From positions 3,168,001 to 3,232,000 of the forward strand of contig CAXXLZ010000002.1 in NCBI GenBank assembly GCA_963675595.2: a stretch of 64,000 nt of DNA, read 5' to 3'. The notes under the pieces were generated by a model. The model did no database searches and had not been told where the DNA came from. It was given only the letters and a program-made list of their open reading frames with translations. The DNA comes from Thermodesulfobacteriota bacterium. GTDB taxonomy: Bacteria > Desulfobacterota > Desulfarculia > JACQYL01. Of the stretch, positions 29,193-38,727 are shown piece after piece. A program made the position numbers and the translations under genes. The first letter of the stretch is position 1. Each line of letters begins with the position of its first letter.

Positions 29193-30014
29193 CTACCAGG
29201 TGATTCTTCCGCTGTTGAGCAAACCCCCCACGAGGAGGTAAACCCCGCACATAATCGCCGCGCACCCGAACGTGTAATATAGGACACGGGCGAACAATCC
29301 GGACTCGCTCACCAGGAGGGAATCCAAAACGCCCTCCTGTTTGAGCCGATTCACCCACCCGGCTTTTTCATGACGCAGAGACTCCAGACTCGTACTTCCT
29401 TCGAACATGGTTCGGTCCATGGGGAAATTATGCCGACGAAGATGGGCCACGGCGAAGTGAATGATGAACACATGGGTCATTGCCAAGAGGGCCTCGATCC
29501 GATGTACCCACAAAGCGACATTCAAACCCCAACCGGGGATGAACTTGGTCGAAGTCATGGGATAGGCCAAAACGAGCCCGGAAGCTCCCATGACGAGCAT
29601 GCCCCAGAAGGCGGCTCCAAGGTAGTCCATTTTTTCCCAATACCCCCATCGATCAAACTTCGGGTGCGGACTTTTTCCGAAGAACCAACCAATGTGCTGA
29701 AAGAACTCCCTGATGTCGGCGAACCTGGGGAGCATGGAATCGGGACCAGACAGAGACCGGGCCGGGTGACGACCGATTCGGAGGACGAGATGGCCCACAT
29801 GGGCCAGAAAACCGATGATCATCACCAAGCCGACGTATTTGTGAAGGGTCAAGGCGGAATTGTAGCCGCCGAACAGTCCGGCCAGACCTTTGCCCCAAGA
29901 GGTTTCGATAAACATCCGGGAAAGACCGGTGGCGCTTTGCGTAAGAAAAGTGACAATGAGGAGCGCGTGAAAAGCCCGATCCACCGGGCCGAATCGCTTA
30001 ACCCTGGTCTTCAT
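29193..30014 (-). CDS. Membrane di-heme cytochrome b (FdnI/HyaC/CbcL-type)
   Basis: About 5 TM helices with His ligands (RAFH, LTLH, WVH, THVFIIH); FDRWGYWEKMDY...FWG motif. Confidence 0.85.
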   Translation of the reverse strand: MKTRVKRFGPVDRAFHALLIVTFLTQSATGLSRMFIETSWGKGLAGLFGGYNSALTLHKYVGLVMIIGFLAHVGHLVLRIGRHPARSLSGPDSMLPRFADIREFFQHIGWFFGKSPHPKFDRWGYWEKMDYLGAAFWGMLVMGASGLVLAYPMTSTKFIPGWGLNVALWVHRIEALLAMTHVFIIHFAVAHLRRHNFPMDRTMFEGSTSLESLRHEKAGWVNRLKQEGVLDSLLVSESGLFARVLYYTFGCAAIMCGVYLLVGGLLNSGRITW

Positions 30015-30708
30015 GATCGGTTCCATCCTTCCTTTTCTGGAACAACTCCCGCAGATTCCAGGCGAGCGTGTGTGGCAGGAACACCACAAAAATCCCGACC
30101 GAAAGGGTAATCATGATCCAGAAGACGTAAAATAAGACGGGGAATTCCCGTTTCGTTTGAATCAGGGCCGGATTGGGGGCGTGAACAATGTAGGCGGCAA
30201 AGGAGGCATTCGCTCCTTCGTGGCATTTGGAGCATACGTACGCATGCCTTCGCACGGGATTCATCGGGGAATAATAGTAGTTGATACTAGCGATGGGCTC
30301 TACGCCGTGGCATTGTCGGCAGGTAAGCCCGTTCCTGAGCGTATGAATATTCTTGGTCTCTTGAACGTGGCAATCCTCGCATCGCCTGCGCTCGTAGAAC
30401 TTGAGCCCCCGATGGGAGTCGGCGAGGCGGGTACGGATTTGAACGGCCGCCGCGGCGGAGGGGCTGTAAGGCAGGAAACCGCCCCGTACTCCGGGAATCT
30501 CCACAAGGGCACGCTGACGGCGAGGCTTGACTTCATACTCTTCGTAATATCCGGTGCTGAGCTCCCGTTGCCTGTACCTGCGGATGGAAGACGCCACTTC
30601 CTCCTGAGTCCAAGCCGTTGGGCACCAGAGCAACGACTCCGATCCAAAGAGGAGCGTCAACACGACCATGAATGCTGCAACACTCGGTTGCCTCTTCCGG
30701 ATGGGCAT
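29998..30708 (-). CDS. Membrane-anchored tri-heme cytochrome c
   Basis: N-terminal signal; CEDCH, CRQCH, CSKCH; C-terminal TM helix; overlaps the start of the cytochrome b gene. Confidence 0.85.
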   Translation of the reverse strand: MPIRKRQPSVAAFMVVLTLLFGSESLLWCPTAWTQEEVASSIRRYRQRELSTGYYEEYEVKPRRQRALVEIPGVRGGFLPYSPSAAAAVQIRTRLADSHRGLKFYERRRCEDCHVQETKNIHTLRNGLTCRQCHGVEPIASINYYYSPMNPVRRHAYVCSKCHEGANASFAAYIVHAPNPALIQTKREFPVLFYVFWIMITLSVGIFVVFLPHTLAWNLRELFQKRKDGTDHEDQG

Positions 30709-30843
30709 GTCGTTGGTCCCGCGGCGAAGGGTTGGGTGATTTCCTCTTCGCTCCCGTTCAATCGGTTCGCCGGACCGGCGATTCCGGAGAACCGCCGGAA
30801 GGATTTGGACCCACGCCTTCTCTCTCAAAAGCGCCGAGCCCTG

Positions 30844-32175
30844 TTATTTCTTCTTAGGTTTGCTCAGATCGAAGAGTTCTTCACCCGCCTCTTCGATCTC
30901 GATATCGGGCTCCTTCTTTTCCTCGGTCGCCGACGATTGCTCCAGAAAATCCAGGGACTCTCCGAATCCCTGGAACGCGTCTCGATGGAGCTGTCTCAGG
31001 TCTGCATCCTTGTGCGCATGGCAGGTTTGACAGGAGTTGGGAACTGCGGGATTCCTGAGCGTGTCGATGGGCAGCAAGGTGACGAAGACGTGACTGTGCA
31101 GATCGCCGGACTCGGCGTTCTTCGCGATTCTGGGCATATGGCAGCCCACGCAGTTCGCAAAGGAATGAATGGCGTGGGACTTGGCCTTGTTCACCATTTC
31201 ATGACATTGGAAGCACTGCTGCGAACCCGCCGCCGAGGTCTGGGAGCGGGTGGGAGGGAGGCCGATCTGGTGAACAAAGTGGCAGGAGGTACAACTCACT
31301 CCTTCCGTGTAGTGTTTGGACTTGACCCAATCATTGTATTGCTGGTGGTGACCCTTGGAGAATTCGTTGACATAGAAGTTTTCCGTATCCCCCGAAGCAT
31401 AGGAAGTGGCCTCATAGTAGGCGAGAAGTGATTTACCGGGTTCATAGCCCACGGGCCAATGGGCGCCTTCGACCTTGGTGGACATCCCCCTTCCGTGACA
31501 GGAACCACAGATCTGAACCGCGGCTCCGGTTGACAGTTTGGCGGGATTCACAATGGTTTGTCGCTTTTCGAACACGGCCACCTTGGGTAATGCGGCATGC
31601 CAGGAACCTTTGCCGTGGCACGATTCGCAGCCGACGCTCAATTCGCTGAAATTCTTCCGGTCCAGATCCACACCGGTGGCGTGGCATCCGCCGCAGTACT
31701 GCAACCACGGTCTCTGGTTCCAGTCTTCTTCGTGATAATTCACCCAGCGATGGCTGTCGATGTTGTATTGGATTGGTGCGATGTACAGAACCCCGTCCCG
31801 TTCCACGATGAAGCGCTGCTGCCACTGGCCTCCAATGGCGTACTTGATTTCCTCGCGTTTGGGGATGAAGATTTCGGAGGCGGGTACCTTTATGGAGGGT
31901 TCCAGTTCGGCGAGATCGTCGCGAATGGCGTTCTCATCGTACGGGACTACGATGACGTCCACGGACTGCTGGGCGTCGAGCGTGCTTCTACTGTGGGAAG
32001 TCATCTTCCAGGAATCGAAGTGTTCCAGATGACACATCTTGCATTGATCCGATCCCACGTACTTCTTGGGAGCGGCGGTGATCTTGTCTATGTCCACCGG
32101 GGTTTCCGAACCACATGCGGAGAGGAAAACCATGACCATACAAAATGAAAGGAGCTTGGAAACGCCATTGACCAT
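30844..32175 (-). CDS. Octaheme c-type cytochrome lipoprotein (c554/c3-like domains)
   Basis: Lipobox LSAC; YVGS..CKMCH, CGGCH, CESCH, CGSCH, CTSCH, CFQCH, CVGCH, CQTCH; GAGGAGG RBS. Confidence 0.9.
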   Translation of the reverse strand: MVNGVSKLLSFCMVMVFLSACGSETPVDIDKITAAPKKYVGSDQCKMCHLEHFDSWKMTSHSRSTLDAQQSVDVIVVPYDENAIRDDLAELEPSIKVPASEIFIPKREEIKYAIGGQWQQRFIVERDGVLYIAPIQYNIDSHRWVNYHEEDWNQRPWLQYCGGCHATGVDLDRKNFSELSVGCESCHGKGSWHAALPKVAVFEKRQTIVNPAKLSTGAAVQICGSCHGRGMSTKVEGAHWPVGYEPGKSLLAYYEATSYASGDTENFYVNEFSKGHHQQYNDWVKSKHYTEGVSCTSCHFVHQIGLPPTRSQTSAAGSQQCFQCHEMVNKAKSHAIHSFANCVGCHMPRIAKNAESGDLHSHVFVTLLPIDTLRNPAVPNSCQTCHAHKDADLRQLHRDAFQGFGESLDFLEQSSATEEKKEPDIEIEEAGEELFDLSKPKKK

Positions 32176-32235
32176 TATCCGCCTCCTCGGTCTTGCGATT
32201 CCCAACACCTTGAAACAAAATGGGGAATCGCCCTG

Positions 32236-33540
32236 TCAGGAACAGTTCTCCTCGCCCGACGCACGCGCCTGCGAGGTTCCGGCGCGGCCCTCTTCCGGAT
32301 TGTCGGGCTTCGGACCCAAATGAGACACGGGAGAGGACGCCTCATCCTCCGCGCTCATATTTTCCGCCATGACGTAAAGCCCGGCGATCCAGCTACCGAC
32401 GGACCCGATCAAGGGGCCGATTCCCTTGATCTTGCTCAAATTCTCTTTCCGGACACCGGCTCGGGCCGCTTCCCAAAGGTAAGGCACCGCGTTCCACGCC
32501 ATGGACAGGGTCAATGCGGTCTTCATGGGGGAGATTCTGAAGAACTTCAAGAAACCCAACAAGATGGTCAAACTTCCGGTGAGCTCTTTAGGCGAAGTGG
32601 TGGCTGTCAACAGCAGACTTAGAATGATCAGATAATAAAGCCGAAAAGCAAAACGAAATCCTTGGATTACTCCTTCGCGGGTGATGGTGATGAAAGCTGT
32701 TTCAAAAAGCGCTTCTCCCGAGCCGTGCATAAATACGGGGATGAGGAAAGCCGTAAGGATGAGAAAGAAACATCTCCGAGATCTTCGGATCAAGGAAGAG
32801 AACGGTACATTGGACGAGAGGACGGCAATAATGAGGAAGGTCGTCAGAAACATCAGCACGGGCGCGTCGGTGGTGATTACGAGAAGGATCGAGATGAACA
32901 CGGTCAACAAGATCTTGAGTTCCCCGGAAAGTCGGTGAACCAAAGAGCTTCCTTCCACGTAAAATCCTGAAAAGGTCCGGCCGGGTGCTTTCAAAGGGAA
33001 GGATGATGGTTTGAAGTCTTCAGGCTTCTCGAGACGAAGGCAAACGGCGCGGGCTATGGCGCCCGTGATCCATCCCGTGGCGACCGCTCCCAGGACCAGA
33101 TAGGGTAAGAAAACGAACACGCCTTTGTGCCTTACGAGCAACAGGTAGGCCAGGAGGAGCTGTACGGTATTATGACAGAGTGCGCCGAACACGCTGATTC
33201 CGATGAGACTGAAACGGTATCGCCGCGCGGAGCCGGAAGCCCGGTACAACAGCCCCATTACACACGTGGCGGCCACCCCCGCGGAAAAGCTCAACACAAA
33301 CGTGGGCGACATGAACGTGCCCATGAGGAACGAACTGAGAACCGTCCTGAGGATGGAAACCTGGAGAGCGGCCCGGAAACCGAGCGTCACCAGGGCCACA
33401 AGGCTGAGCATATTGGCCAACCCCAGCCGCAGGCCCGGTATGGGGTGAGGTACTGCGGATTCCATGATCTGGAGCACGCAGGAAAGAGAGACGAGCAGTG
33501 CGATCTGTTTGGTCCGATCGCTGATTACCCCTTGTTCCAT
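32236..33540 (-). CDS. Gx transporter (heptaprenyl-PP synthase component I / EetB-like) fused to an EcfT/CbiQ-like domain
   Basis: N-half: E..VP.PIPGLRLGLAN, SLIGISVFGALCHNTVQL. C-half: YVEGSSLVHRL...KI, ITREG, LLTATTSPKELT. Confidence 0.82.
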   Translation of the reverse strand: MEQGVISDRTKQIALLVSLSCVLQIMESAVPHPIPGLRLGLANMLSLVALVTLGFRAALQVSILRTVLSSFLMGTFMSPTFVLSFSAGVAATCVMGLLYRASGSARRYRFSLIGISVFGALCHNTVQLLLAYLLLVRHKGVFVFLPYLVLGAVATGWITGAIARAVCLRLEKPEDFKPSSFPLKAPGRTFSGFYVEGSSLVHRLSGELKILLTVFISILLVITTDAPVLMFLTTFLIIAVLSSNVPFSSLIRRSRRCFFLILTAFLIPVFMHGSGEALFETAFITITREGVIQGFRFAFRLYYLIILSLLLTATTSPKELTGSLTILLGFLKFFRISPMKTALTLSMAWNAVPYLWEAARAGVRKENLSKIKGIGPLIGSVGSWIAGLYVMAENMSAEDEASSPVSHLGPKPDNPEEGRAGTSQARASGEENCS

Positions 33541-33557
33541 AGGAAAAGCCTCATGTG

Positions 33558-33965
33558 CTATCGAACAACCGCATCTAGAAACGACGTTTCATTTCCGGGT
33601 ATCTCAAGCAGGGTCTTATTGGGCACGCAGACGATGACTTCCCCGGGCAGGCTTATCCACCCGGTATGAACACAGATTTGCTTGGCGCAGTCCGAACGAA
33701 CCACCCTGACCCTGCCGTGGTCCACTTCAATTTCCATGTGGTTGCCGGGCAACGACTCACGGGCGTATCCGGTTATGTCGAGCTTTTTCACAAGGCGTCC
33801 TTCCTGATAAACCAACACCGACCTCGCAATACCGCTTCGACCGTTCGACCCCGGCTCGAGCCATAATATGGCGGCTATGCAGACGACGACCACCAGCGCA
33901 ATCAGCCACATTTCAAAAGACGTGGTTTTTCTTGACCGCGTTCCGATTTCAGGATTCTGATTCAT
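33558..33965 (-). CDS. NusG domain II protein (DUF1312 / EetA-like), membrane anchored
   Basis: One N-terminal TM helix; IEVDHGRVRVVRSDCAKQICVHTGWISLPGEVIVCVPNK signature. Confidence 0.88.
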   Translation of the reverse strand: MNQNPEIGTRSRKTTSFEMWLIALVVVVCIAAILWLEPGSNGRSGIARSVLVYQEGRLVKKLDITGYARESLPGNHMEIEVDHGRVRVVRSDCAKQICVHTGWISLPGEVIVCVPNKTLLEIPGNETSFLDAVVR

Positions 33966-34460
33966 GGGAAAGTCGTTCCACGCAAAAACGGCCCCCATGT
34001 AGATTCGGCCACGGTTACGGGACCACAGGCAAAGCCGTTCGGCAACCGTAACCCCAATTCGAGAAAACCATCTTGAGTGCGCCCCGGACCGGAAAGACGT
34101 TCCTTCAACGACTTCAACGGAAGAGGAGCGTGAACCACGGCAGGATACGAGCACGCGCTAGCATGAGAGTACAACTCGAAGTCTCCGGAAAGGGCGGGCC
34201 CTGTCCGAAACCGCCGGCCCCAGAGGCCGGGGAAGAATGAATGTGAATCGGGGCTCGATCACGATCAATGGCTTCTCGGATCCGGTTCACTCGCCGCGGC
34301 GAATTGCGGGGCCTTCCCGAGAACCATTAGAACAGGCCCTGATTCGTTTCCATGTATTTGGTGGGAGGTTCAATGGAATTCCGCCGTACGGCTGGAAGCG
34401 GAGTTTTCAGATCTTTCGAAAACCCTTCTCGCCGAAACGAATCCAATGAATCTATAAGTC

Positions 34461-34503
34461 ATTTTGTTACACAAAATTTACGACATATCCTGGATGCAGT
34501 CAA
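34461..34503 (-). promoter_or_regulatory. Sigma70-type promoter with an overlapping palindromic operator, facing the cytochrome/flavinylation operon
   Basis: Minus strand TTGACT(34503-34498)-N17-TAAATT(34480-34475); perfect inverted repeat ATTTTGT-TAC-ACAAAAT at 34461-34477. Confidence 0.55.
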
Positions 34504-34583
34504 GAGATTAATGGGGAACGCCTGCTGCTTCGGGTTTTTTCCTTCTTCCCCTGCATAGACCGAGGTTCGACGCAAGCACCGCG

Positions 34584-36278
34584 TCATTTTCGACGAAAGG
34601 CCAGATAATAGGGCTCCCGCAGCCTATGAAAGACTTCCCGCTTCTTAGCGTGTAAGATCATTTCGAAGATGTCGTCGGGCTCGGGATCCTGGAGAGACCA
34701 TCCGCAGGGAACCACATCGTATTCTTCGATGGCCAGCTTCTTTTTCGGAAGATCGGAAAGCACGAGTATGCCGTGCTCTTGGATACCCGGCGGTATGGGA
34801 CCGAAGGGCCTGGATTCCAAGTCTATTTTTCCGCCGGACAGGACGCGAATCTGGCCGGCGTAGTCGTCTTTGACGAAGAGGGCCATGGCGTTCGATACGC
34901 CTTCGGGCCGCCGTTCCAAGATGCATTCCGCCATGCGAGGCGCGGGAGACACGTGAAACACGGGGCGCACCAGAAACTCGAATCCGGCTATGGCTAAAAG
35001 AATGAACAAACCGATTCCGATGTGGGGAGCCGGTTTCCCTTTTTTCAACCCGAAGTGGAACAGACCGTAGGCTCCGGCGGCCATCACGACGCCGAGTACG
35101 GCGAACCGGGTATCGATCAGGATACCCATGGGGATGCTCAATAACGCACCGACACCGGTCAACACGCAGCAGAAAAGCACGACGTACCGAATGACGGCGG
35201 AGGATAGCCGTTCGCTCGCAAGCCTCACGGTTAAAGCGCCGAGAAAAGAGGCCATGAAAGGATACGCGGGGAGCATGTAGCGTGTTCGATTGATGTTTCC
35301 GGCAAGGAACATGGTGAGGAGGAAGGCATACCACCCCATGATGAAGAGAACGGGCTTTCTGTTACGACGGACAAATTCGACCACGGTCTTCCGGTTCAGC
35401 AGAAGCCCGGCCGGGACGAATAGAGACCAGGGGAAGAAGTGTCGCATCCAGCCCCAGGCGTAGGTCTGCAGGTTGGATAGCACAGTGGAAAAACGAGAGC
35501 CGATGAAACGCGTTCCCACCTGATCGGACGTGAATCCCAGAAGAGCCCCTTCCCCGTGTTCCAAAGCCATGGCAACGAACCAGGAACCCGCCACCAGCGC
35601 GGCCAATACCATCACCTTCACGTGAATCAGTCGTGGGAAGGCCCCGCTCCGCCTCAAAAAGAGCAAGGCGACGAAAAATGCGTACGCCACTGCGGCCAAG
35701 CCCAAGAATCCCTTGGCCTCCACCGCGAGAGCAGCTCCCAGATAGGCGGCTAGGTAGTGGAGGGTGGATCGATCCGGGTCCATGAGTATCCGGCTGAATC
35801 CGTACAAGCTGGTGCAAAGAAATAGGCAGAGCAGTACATCGGGAGTGGACCTGATGGAAGATGAGATAAGCGTGACATTGCCGCACATGACTGCGGCGGC
35901 CGCGAACGCCTCGTTTCCGCCGCGGAAGAAAAACCATGTCAAGCGATAGGTCAACCAGACAATCAAGGCCCCCGCCACTAGAAAAGGAAGACGGGAAGCC
36001 GTGTAATTCACCCCGAACAATTTGTAGGAGGCCACGATCAACCAATAGGTCAAAATCGGCTTCTCCGTGCGTAGAGCTCCGTCGGAGAACCTGGGGCTCA
36101 GATAGTCTCCCGTTCGGACCATGTGTACGGCGGCATCCGTATAGAATCGCTCGTCGTCATGGTAGGTGGTCACCCGAGACAGGATGGGCAGAAGAAAAGC
36201 GAAAAATAATACCGCCAATATTATGGACGCAACCCGACGGGTGACCTGTTCCCCTTGACCGTTGGAAAAGCTCTTCAT
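34584..36278 (-). CDS. ArnT/PMT family (GT39/GT83-like) membrane glycosyltransferase
   Basis: DERFY..AA..M...GDYL.P, EKPILTYW, SRLP, AKG and RYMLPAYP motifs; many TM helices. Confidence 0.88.
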   Translation of the reverse strand: MKSFSNGQGEQVTRRVASIILAVLFFAFLLPILSRVTTYHDDERFYTDAAVHMVRTGDYLSPRFSDGALRTEKPILTYWLIVASYKLFGVNYTASRLPFLVAGALIVWLTYRLTWFFFRGGNEAFAAAAVMCGNVTLISSSIRSTPDVLLCLFLCTSLYGFSRILMDPDRSTLHYLAAYLGAALAVEAKGFLGLAAVAYAFFVALLFLRRSGAFPRLIHVKVMVLAALVAGSWFVAMALEHGEGALLGFTSDQVGTRFIGSRFSTVLSNLQTYAWGWMRHFFPWSLFVPAGLLLNRKTVVEFVRRNRKPVLFIMGWYAFLLTMFLAGNINRTRYMLPAYPFMASFLGALTVRLASERLSSAVIRYVVLFCCVLTGVGALLSIPMGILIDTRFAVLGVVMAAGAYGLFHFGLKKGKPAPHIGIGLFILLAIAGFEFLVRPVFHVSPAPRMAECILERRPEGVSNAMALFVKDDYAGQIRVLSGGKIDLESRPFGPIPPGIQEHGILVLSDLPKKKLAIEEYDVVPCGWSLQDPEPDDIFEMILHAKKREVFHRLREPYYLAFRRK

Positions 36279-36541
36279 GCTGATGCCGTTTCTTCGTTAA
36301 TTCGAGCTCAATGTATCGTCGTTGGAGAAGGAATCCTCTCTGGAAATCCGAGCCCAAGCCCTTGCCGGAAGAGCGCTTCGGCTTGTGCCGTTCGAATGCC
36401 GAATGCTCTTAGGCACTGTGGGCGGGCCTTTCATGGAATATCCTCGTAGATATCCCGATATCGGTTTGCAGCGGTCGCGATTCTCCTCTGCTGAAAAGCG
36501 ACCGGAACCCGGCCGTTGATCGGAGCGGTCGGGGAAGGCCG

Positions 36542-37000
36542 TCACTTTTCAGTGGGCATCAGGGTTCTCAGTACGTCTTCCTTGCCGACGACGCCCACCA
36601 ACTTCCCTCCCTGCACCACGGGAATGGTGTGGAACTTTCTTTCGACCATCAACGTGGCCACTTCTTCCACCGTGGTTTCAGGGCCGACGGTAAAAGGGTT
36701 GGGGGTCATGGCGTCCCCCACGGTCGACGCGGCGATCTTGCGGACTTCCCGATCCATATCCTTCCATGAGGTCAAGGGGATGAACGAGTCAAGAATTGTA
36801 AATACCGAGGGCAACGGAATGCGTTTCTGTTGACTGATCAAGTCACTTTGACAAAGGATGCCCACGAGTTTGCCGCGGTCGTCAACCACGGGCAGTCCGT
36901 TGATGTGCTTTTCGAGTAGGATTCCGGCGGCCCGGGCGACTTCGGTGTCCGGAGTGACCGTAACGGGGTCCTTGGTCATGATATCTTCTACCTTGAGCAT
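36542..37000 (-). CDS. CBS domain pair protein
   Basis: VEDIMT.DPVTV, GLPVVD..GKLVGI and IPVV..GKLVGVV motifs. Confidence 0.92.
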   Translation of the reverse strand: MLKVEDIMTKDPVTVTPDTEVARAAGILLEKHINGLPVVDDRGKLVGILCQSDLISQQKRIPLPSVFTILDSFIPLTSWKDMDREVRKIAASTVGDAMTPNPFTVGPETTVEEVATLMVERKFHTIPVVQGGKLVGVVGKEDVLRTLMPTEK

Positions 37001-37325
37001 GTCGTCACCTCAATTGGGTCCCCGTGATCTCGGGGACGCAAAACGATTGTTCTCCGCATGCGGTCGGCGCCCGCGATACGGGAATAACGCTCCCTGAGCC
37101 CCGCCCGGAGGGGGTGGGACTTGAATCGAGCGTCGGTCATAGTTTCCTTCCGGGGTCGGCACATGGTAGCCTGATTCGGAAATCGCTTCAAGGTTTGGGA
37201 TTGGGACGGGACCGGTTCGCTCGCGACGTCGGGGTACCCGGACCAAATACTCCTTGCATCGAAATCGGCATGGAAGTCATAATTCGGATAATCACAGACA
37301 AATGATGCAAAGGACGGAGGCAAAG

Positions 37326-38096
37326 ATGGGAAACCGGAGAACAGCGTTGGTGCTTGCGACGGTCTTTTGTTTGGCGAGTCTTGCGGCTTGCGGATTGGTT
37401 CCGAAAAAGAAGCCGACACCCGTCATAGGCGAGGCGCCTCCGGGGCGTGAGAGGGGATACGCGGTCGAAGGCAAGGTCTATTATCCCTTGAAGCACGCCG
37501 AAGGTTTTGAGGAGACGGGGACTGCATCCTGGTACGGCCGGGATTTCCACGGGAGAAAGACCTCCAACGGCGAGACGTACAACATGTACGCCCTGAGTGC
37601 CGCCCATCAAATCCTGCCTTTCGACACGGTCGTGTTGGTGCGCAACCTTCAAAACGGCCGGCAAGTCAAGGCCCGAATCAATGATCGCGGTCCTTTCGTG
37701 GCCGGCCGCATCATCGATTTATCCTATGCCGCCGCCAAAGAGCTCGGAATGCTTGAGTCCGGCACGGCGCGGGTCCAAGTGACGGCGTTGGGAAAAGAAA
37801 GAATTGCGCTCCAAGAAGGGAGCACCGAAGTGGTTTACGTGCCCGAGCCCGACTATTCGGTGGGGCATTTTTCCGTGCAGATTGGATCCTTCGCTTCGAA
37901 AGACAACGCACAACGTTTGGTGGAGAAGGTAAAGACCACTTTCGAGGACGCCTACATCAACGAATTCGACCGTGGGGATCTGATTTTCTACCAGGTTCGT
38001 GTCGCCAGGACTACAACACTGGATGCCGCGAGAGAAAAGGTCAATGAGGTAAGAGCCATGGGGTTCGCCGATTCCTTCGCAGTCGCGGACCAATAG
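37326..38096 (+). CDS. rlpA: Septal ring lytic transglycosylase RlpA family lipoprotein with SPOR domain
   Basis: Lipobox LAAC; GTASWYG, TSNGE.YNM, AAH, INDRGPF, IIDLS; C-terminal VQIGSF SPOR domain. Confidence 0.92.
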   Translation: MGNRRTALVLATVFCLASLAACGLVPKKKPTPVIGEAPPGRERGYAVEGKVYYPLKHAEGFEETGTASWYGRDFHGRKTSNGETYNMYALSAAHQILPFDTVVLVRNLQNGRQVKARINDRGPFVAGRIIDLSYAAAKELGMLESGTARVQVTALGKERIALQEGSTEVVYVPEPDYSVGHFSVQIGSFASKDNAQRLVEKVKTTFEDAYINEFDRGDLIFYQVRVARTTTLDAAREKVNEVRAMGFADSFAVADQ

Positions 38097-38302
38097 ACCG
38101 GCAAAGCATGTACCGCATACCGAAGGGGATCGCACCAACGGAAGGCCATGGACGATTTCTCCGCGCCCGGAGCGTCGGCAACCTATGTGACCGGATTTCC
38201 GTGGTGATAGGGCAGATTTGAGGATGCGGGCGAACTCTCCGCTCCAGGGCCGAAGACTTTCGGCGGGCCGGCGACGCCGCGATCCTTCCGGGGAACGCCG
38301 CG

Positions 38303-38596
38303 CTATTCCTCCAAGCCCGGATTCATCTTCTTCCGGAGTACCCCGGAAGTCTTGAACACAACCACTTTTCTAGCCCTGAGCTGCAGGTCCTCCTTGGTCT
38401 GGGGGTTCCGGCCTCGGCGAGCTTTCTTGTCTTTAACCATGAACTTGCCGAATCCGCTGATCAGAAGATCGTCGCCCTCTTCCAGGGTCGATTTGATCAA
38501 TTCGAGCAGTCTCTCAACAACGCGCCGGGCCTGGCTCTTGCTGAGGCCGACCTGTTCGTAGACATTGTTGATGATCTTGTCTTTGGTCAAAGCCAT
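38303..38596 (-). CDS. ihfA: Integration host factor subunit alpha family
   Basis: MALTK, LISGFGKF, RRGRNPQT, RKVVVFK.S..L. Confidence 0.88.
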   Translation of the reverse strand: MALTKDKIINNVYEQVGLSKSQARRVVERLLELIKSTLEEGDDLLISGFGKFMVKDKKARRGRNPQTKEDLQLRARKVVVFKTSGVLRKKMNPGLEE

Positions 38597-38727
38597 CGGC
38601 CCTTTCTCCTTTCCTGACCTGAAGGAACCTCATCCCGTCCGATCTCCTATGCCTCACAAGTCATGGAAGTGTCAAGCTTTTTTTGGTTGCTGAACGGAAT
38701 CGAGGGAAAAAGGCCTGCCGTTGTCCG

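Noticed and set aside
33558-33965. Calling the NusG domain II protein a transcription factor
   Set aside because: It has only the stand-alone domain II behind a TM helix (extracytoplasmic), with no NGN or KOW domain.
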